In this document: positions 52,113-56,304 of the stretch, piece by piece
How positions within the stretch are numbered: position 1 is the stretch's first letter
Layout: each line of letters starts with the position of its first letter
NCBI RefSeq assembly: GCF_006345805.1
Contig: NW_021833793.1
Coordinates: forward strand, 1 to 56,304
Source of the DNA: Octopus sinensis
Taxonomy: Eukaryota
Reading direction: 5' to 3'
DNA: 56,304 nucleotides
Translations under genes and position numbers: made by a program
Notes under the pieces: generated by a model
Told to the model about the DNA's origin: nothing
What the model saw: only the letters and a program-made list of their open reading frames with translations
Database searches by the model: none

Positions 52113-52151
<39 letters not shown>

Positions 52152-52206
52152 TATATATATATATATATATATAATATGATTTATATATATACATATTTTA
52201 CATATG

Positions 52207-52242
<36 letters not shown>

Positions 52243-52837
52243 ATATGTATATATAGTATAGTTACATATATATATATATATATATATAATATATATAAAT
52301 ATAGTATATTTATATATATATATATATATATGTATATATTATATATATATATTTAAATATATATATATAATTATATATATGAGAGAAAATCAACTAGTTT
52401 TAGATCTTTGAGCGAGAGATATGTAACGGGGTATCGAACAGTAAGTTTAATTTGTGAACAGAATGTGACAGTCCTACATAGGATGATCTTACTGTTGTTT
52501 AGCCTCAGGGAAACGCTTTTTCCAGCAGGCCACCGACATACAGTTTGTGTTCGTCTAGGATAGCATGAGCAACGGAGTTCATCGTCCCCATTTCTAGCCT
52601 TATGATACCCACAGACCTATGTTTCGGGGTTGTTTCCCGTATTCGGTGTGAGATAATCACAGGTCAGTGATGGGAGCTTACTCAAACTGCTCATTCTATG
52701 TACTTTTTAAATCGACATAATCGCTGATCCCGTAACGAGAAATACATCTGTAGGCAGCAGGAAAGGATGTTTCTTGGAGCTCAACAACAGTAACACGTTC
52801 CAGTGTAGGACTGCCACATTCTGTTGACAAATAAGCT

Positions 52838-52878
<41 letters not shown>

Positions 52879-52915
52879 CATATACATACACACACACACA
52901 CACACATATATATTA

Positions 52916-52947
<32 letters not shown>

Positions 52948-53147
52948 TATATATATATACTTAGTTCAATTTGAAAACTCCACCACAATAGACAAAAGCG
53001 CTAATATATGATATATGATATAAGTTATATGATGTATAAAAAACATGTAATATACAAATAAATATCTGTAAATATAAATCCATCCGAATTCTGAGTACCT
53101 CATTTCTTCTAATATTAAATACCTGTACATCATCTCCAAACGTTCTA

Positions 53148-53227
<80 letters not shown>

Positions 53228-53575
53228 ATATATATATAATATATATATATATAAACGATAAACGTCGCCCTTTTCAAGCCTACCCAGGCTCATGGGTCCC
53301 GTTTCCCGGTTTCTGTGGCGTATGTGTTCCACCCATCTGGACGACGTCGACAACGAAGACGACACCGACGATGATGATGAAGGTAGTGATTATGATGATG
53401 ATGATGACGACGATGATTGCGACGACAACAGCAGTGTTGATATTTTGATGATGTCTATCCTAAAAGTGACTGCGTTGTTAGAAATGGTGTTTGTGATTAT
53501 CACTATCACTACAATATTGGCGATGGTTCTCACAGTGCAATGAATAAAAAAAAACCCAACACAAATCGCACTTAC

Positions 53576-53962
53576 TTCTGCCGGCGACAACTCTCCTGGG
53601 ATTCGCTCTCTTTCGTTTATTCACGGACTCTTTGATGATATCTCTGGTATCTTTCTTGTATAGACAATAGAATGTGAAGATAAACATTCCTTGAAGGGTA
53701 TTGAATATAGAAAAAAGATAATCAAACACTTTTGTCGCTCTGCTAACAGCGAAGAATGCAAAGACCCATGTGAATCCAAGCAAAAACATCAAACCAACCA
53801 GGCCCAAAACACGCACTTTTCTTCTTTTGTGTTCAAATCTCTTGTTTCTTTGCGTTGATATGAGACGTTTTATCACACGAGAAAAAATGATAAAGTGAAG
53901 ATGAGGACCATCACAACGGGAGTCAGGAAAGCAGCAAAGAAAGAAGGTTGTTTAACCAACAG
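53576..53962 (-). CDS. Adhesion (class B2) GPCR exon, ECL2-TM5-TM7, copy 1; two apparent 1-bp deletions near its 5' end
   Basis: Acceptor TTTCTGTTTTCTTTGTAG then CWL; ...VRVLGLVGLMFLLGFTWVFAFF...FDYLFSIFNTLQGMFIFTFYCLYKKDTR (LLG.TW and N.LQG..IF motifs); donor GTAAGT. Confidence 0.88.
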
Positions 53963-54105
53963 CTACAAAGAAAACAGAAAGCAATGAAGAAAAGAAATTC
54001 ATCAGATATTCAGCCAATAAAATGAAGTATCACACAAGGATTTATGTGGAGTGATTTCGATCCAAAACGAAACGAAAAAATGTCTCATACTTGCGACAAA
54101 TTATG

Positions 54106-54297
54106 TACTCTCTTTACTCTTTTACTTGTTTCAGTCATTTGACTGCGGCCATGCTGGAGCACCGCCTTTATTCAAGCAACTCGACCCCATCACTTATTCT
54201 TTGTAAGCCCAGTACTTATTCTATCGGTCTCTTGCCGAACCGCTAAGTGACGGGGACATAAACACACTAGCAACGTCTGGAGGGACAAACACAGACA

Positions 54298-54386
<89 letters not shown>

Positions 54387-54400
54387 AATATATATATATA
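54106..54400 (-). mobile_element. SINE family A 3' half, cut by the duplication breakpoint
   Basis: Matches 55251-55530. Confidence 0.85.
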
Positions 54401-54722
54401 TAAACGATAAACGTCGCCCTTTTCAGCCTACCCAGGCTCATGGGTCCCGTTTCCCGGTTTCTGTGGCGTATGTGTTCCACCCATCTGGACGACGTCGACA
54501 ACGAAGACGACACCGACGATGATGATGAGGTAGTGATTATGATGATGATGATGACGACGATGATTGCGACGACAACAGCAGTGTTGATATTTTGATGATG
54601 TCTATCCTAAAAGTGACTGCGTTGTTAGAACTGGTGTTTGTGATTATCACTATCACTACAATATTGGCGATGGTTCTCACAGTGCAATGAATAAAAAAAA
54701 CCCAACACAAATCGCACCTTAC

Positions 54723-55107
54723 TTCTGCCGGCGACAACTCTCCTGGGATTCGCTCTCTTTCGTTTATTCACGGACTTTGATGATATCTCGGTATCTTTCT
54801 TGTATAGACAATAGAATGTGAAGATAAACATTCCTTGAAGGGTATTGAATATAGAAAAAGATAATCAAACACTTTTGTCGCTCTGCTAACAGCGAGAATG
54901 GCAAAGACCCATGTGAATCCAAGCAAAAACATCAAACCAACCAGGCCCAAAACACGCACTTTTCTTCTTTTGTGTTCAAATCTCTTGTTTCTTTGCGTTG
55001 ATATGAGACGTTTTATCACACGAGAAAAAATGATAAAGTTGAAGATGAGGACCATCACAACGGGAGTCAGGAAAGCAGCAAAGAAAGAAGGTTTGTTTAA
55101 CCAACAG
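54723..55107 (-). CDS. Adhesion GPCR exon, copy 2; frameshifting indels in its 3' half (pseudo-exon or consensus errors)
   Basis: CWLNKPSFFAAFLTPVVMVLIFNFIIFSRVIKRL...LLGFTWVF; same acceptor; donor GTAAGG. Confidence 0.8.
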
Positions 55108-55250
55108 CTACAAAGAAAACAGAAAGCAATGAAGAAAAGAAATTCATCAGATATTCAGCCAATAAAATGAAGTATCACACAAGGATTTATGTGGAGTGAT
55201 TTCGATCCAAAACGAAACGAAAAAATGTCTCATACTTGCGACAAATTATG

Positions 55251-55442
55251 TACTCTCTTTACTCTTTTACTTGTTTCAGTCATTTGACTGCGGCCATGCT
55301 GGAGCACCGCCTTTATTCAAGCAACTCGACCCCATCACTTATTCTTGTAAGCCCAGTACTTATTCTATCGGTCTCTTTGCCGAACCGCTAAGTGACGGGG
55401 ACATAAACACACTAGCAACGTCTGGAGGGACAAACACAGACA

Positions 55443-55491
<49 letters not shown>

Positions 55492-55784
55492 CAAACACAC
55501 ACAAACACACCCACACACATATATATATATATATAAAGCCTTGTGAGTGGATTTGGTAGACAGAAACTGAAAGAAGCCCGTCGTATATATGTATATATAT
55601 ATTTAGATATATACATATATACGACAGGCTTCCTTCAGTTTCTGTCTACCAAATCCACTCACAGGCATTGGTCGGCCCGAGGCTTATAGTAGAAGACCTT
55701 GCCCAAGGTACCACGCAGTGGGACTGAACCCAGAACCATGTGGTTGGTAAACAAGCTACTAACCACACAGCCACTCCTGCGCCT
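55251..55784 (-). mobile_element. Intronic SINE family A with an internal inverted duplication
   Basis: A/B boxes at 55720-55784; 55536-55590 is an inverted copy of 55615-55667. Confidence 0.88.
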
Positions 55785-56089
55785 ACGTTAATGAGTAAAG
55801 TATTTTATTGGGCCTTTCGATATCCAGACACTCAGAAATACACACACACACACGCACACACACACACACACAGACACACACACACGCACACACACACAGA
55901 CACACACACACGCACACACAGGTTGACAAAAGATTAGAGGTCTATACATATGAAATTTGTATATATATATATAAGATATGGAGATGAGAATAGCACAGAA
56001 GTGAGTCTATGTCATTTCAATTTAAGAGGGAATTTAATAAAATGAATTTTAACAAATTATATAAAGAAAATATGCATTTCTGTTATAAG

Positions 56090-56210
56090 CCCAAGGCCTG
56101 AAATTTCGGGGGAGATCGACCCCAGTATGTAACTGGTACTTAATTATCGGCACCGAAATGATGAAATGCAAAGTCGATCTCGGGGGAATTTGAACTCAGA
56201 ACGTAGCGGC
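56090..56210 (-). mobile_element. SINE family B fragment
   Basis: ATCGACCCCAGT..GTAACTGGTACTT...GAATTTGAACTCAGAACGTAGCGGCAG. Confidence 0.75.
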
Positions 56211-56304
56211 AGTTCCGGTCATTTCAATATGTGACCGCGTGTGTATTGTTGGTGATTTTCTTTCTCCGTCTTTCCTTCTTTGGACTTTTTCTGTATTTCT
56301 GATG

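Larger units (their letters stand above)
53252..55532. repeat. Tandem duplication of ~1.15 kb (53252-54400, 54401-55532) with breakpoints in (TA)n
   Basis: Near-identical copies differing mostly by 1-2-bp indels. Confidence 0.95.

Noticed and set aside
53292-53543. Acidic Asp-rich ORF
   Set aside because: (GAT/GAC)n microsatellite in a GPCR intron on the opposite strand; frame not kept in the duplicate

Overview
Eukaryotic, repeat-dominated genomic DNA. The SINE/LINE families look cephalopod (Octopus-like); this is my recognition, not a database result. About one third of the window (14.77-33.73 kb) is a 92-bp dimeric satellite (44+48 bp). Left of it are a CA minisatellite, nested retroelements, an inverted relative of the satellite and a ~4-copy segmental duplication. 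Right of it are CR1-like, RTE, Penelope (GIY-YIG fragment plus hammerhead-ribozyme motifs), mariner and Helitron remnants, a GC-rich 71-bp hairpin tandem repeat and a 12-unit SINE array. The only host gene is the 3' end of an adhesion-class GPCR on the minus strand: a tandemly duplicated TM5-TM7 exon plus an unlisted terminal exon ending in a PDZ-type motif (ETNF*). Almost all ORFs in the supplied track are repeat artefacts. No prokaryotic features, CRISPR arrays or rRNA/tRNA genes are supported.
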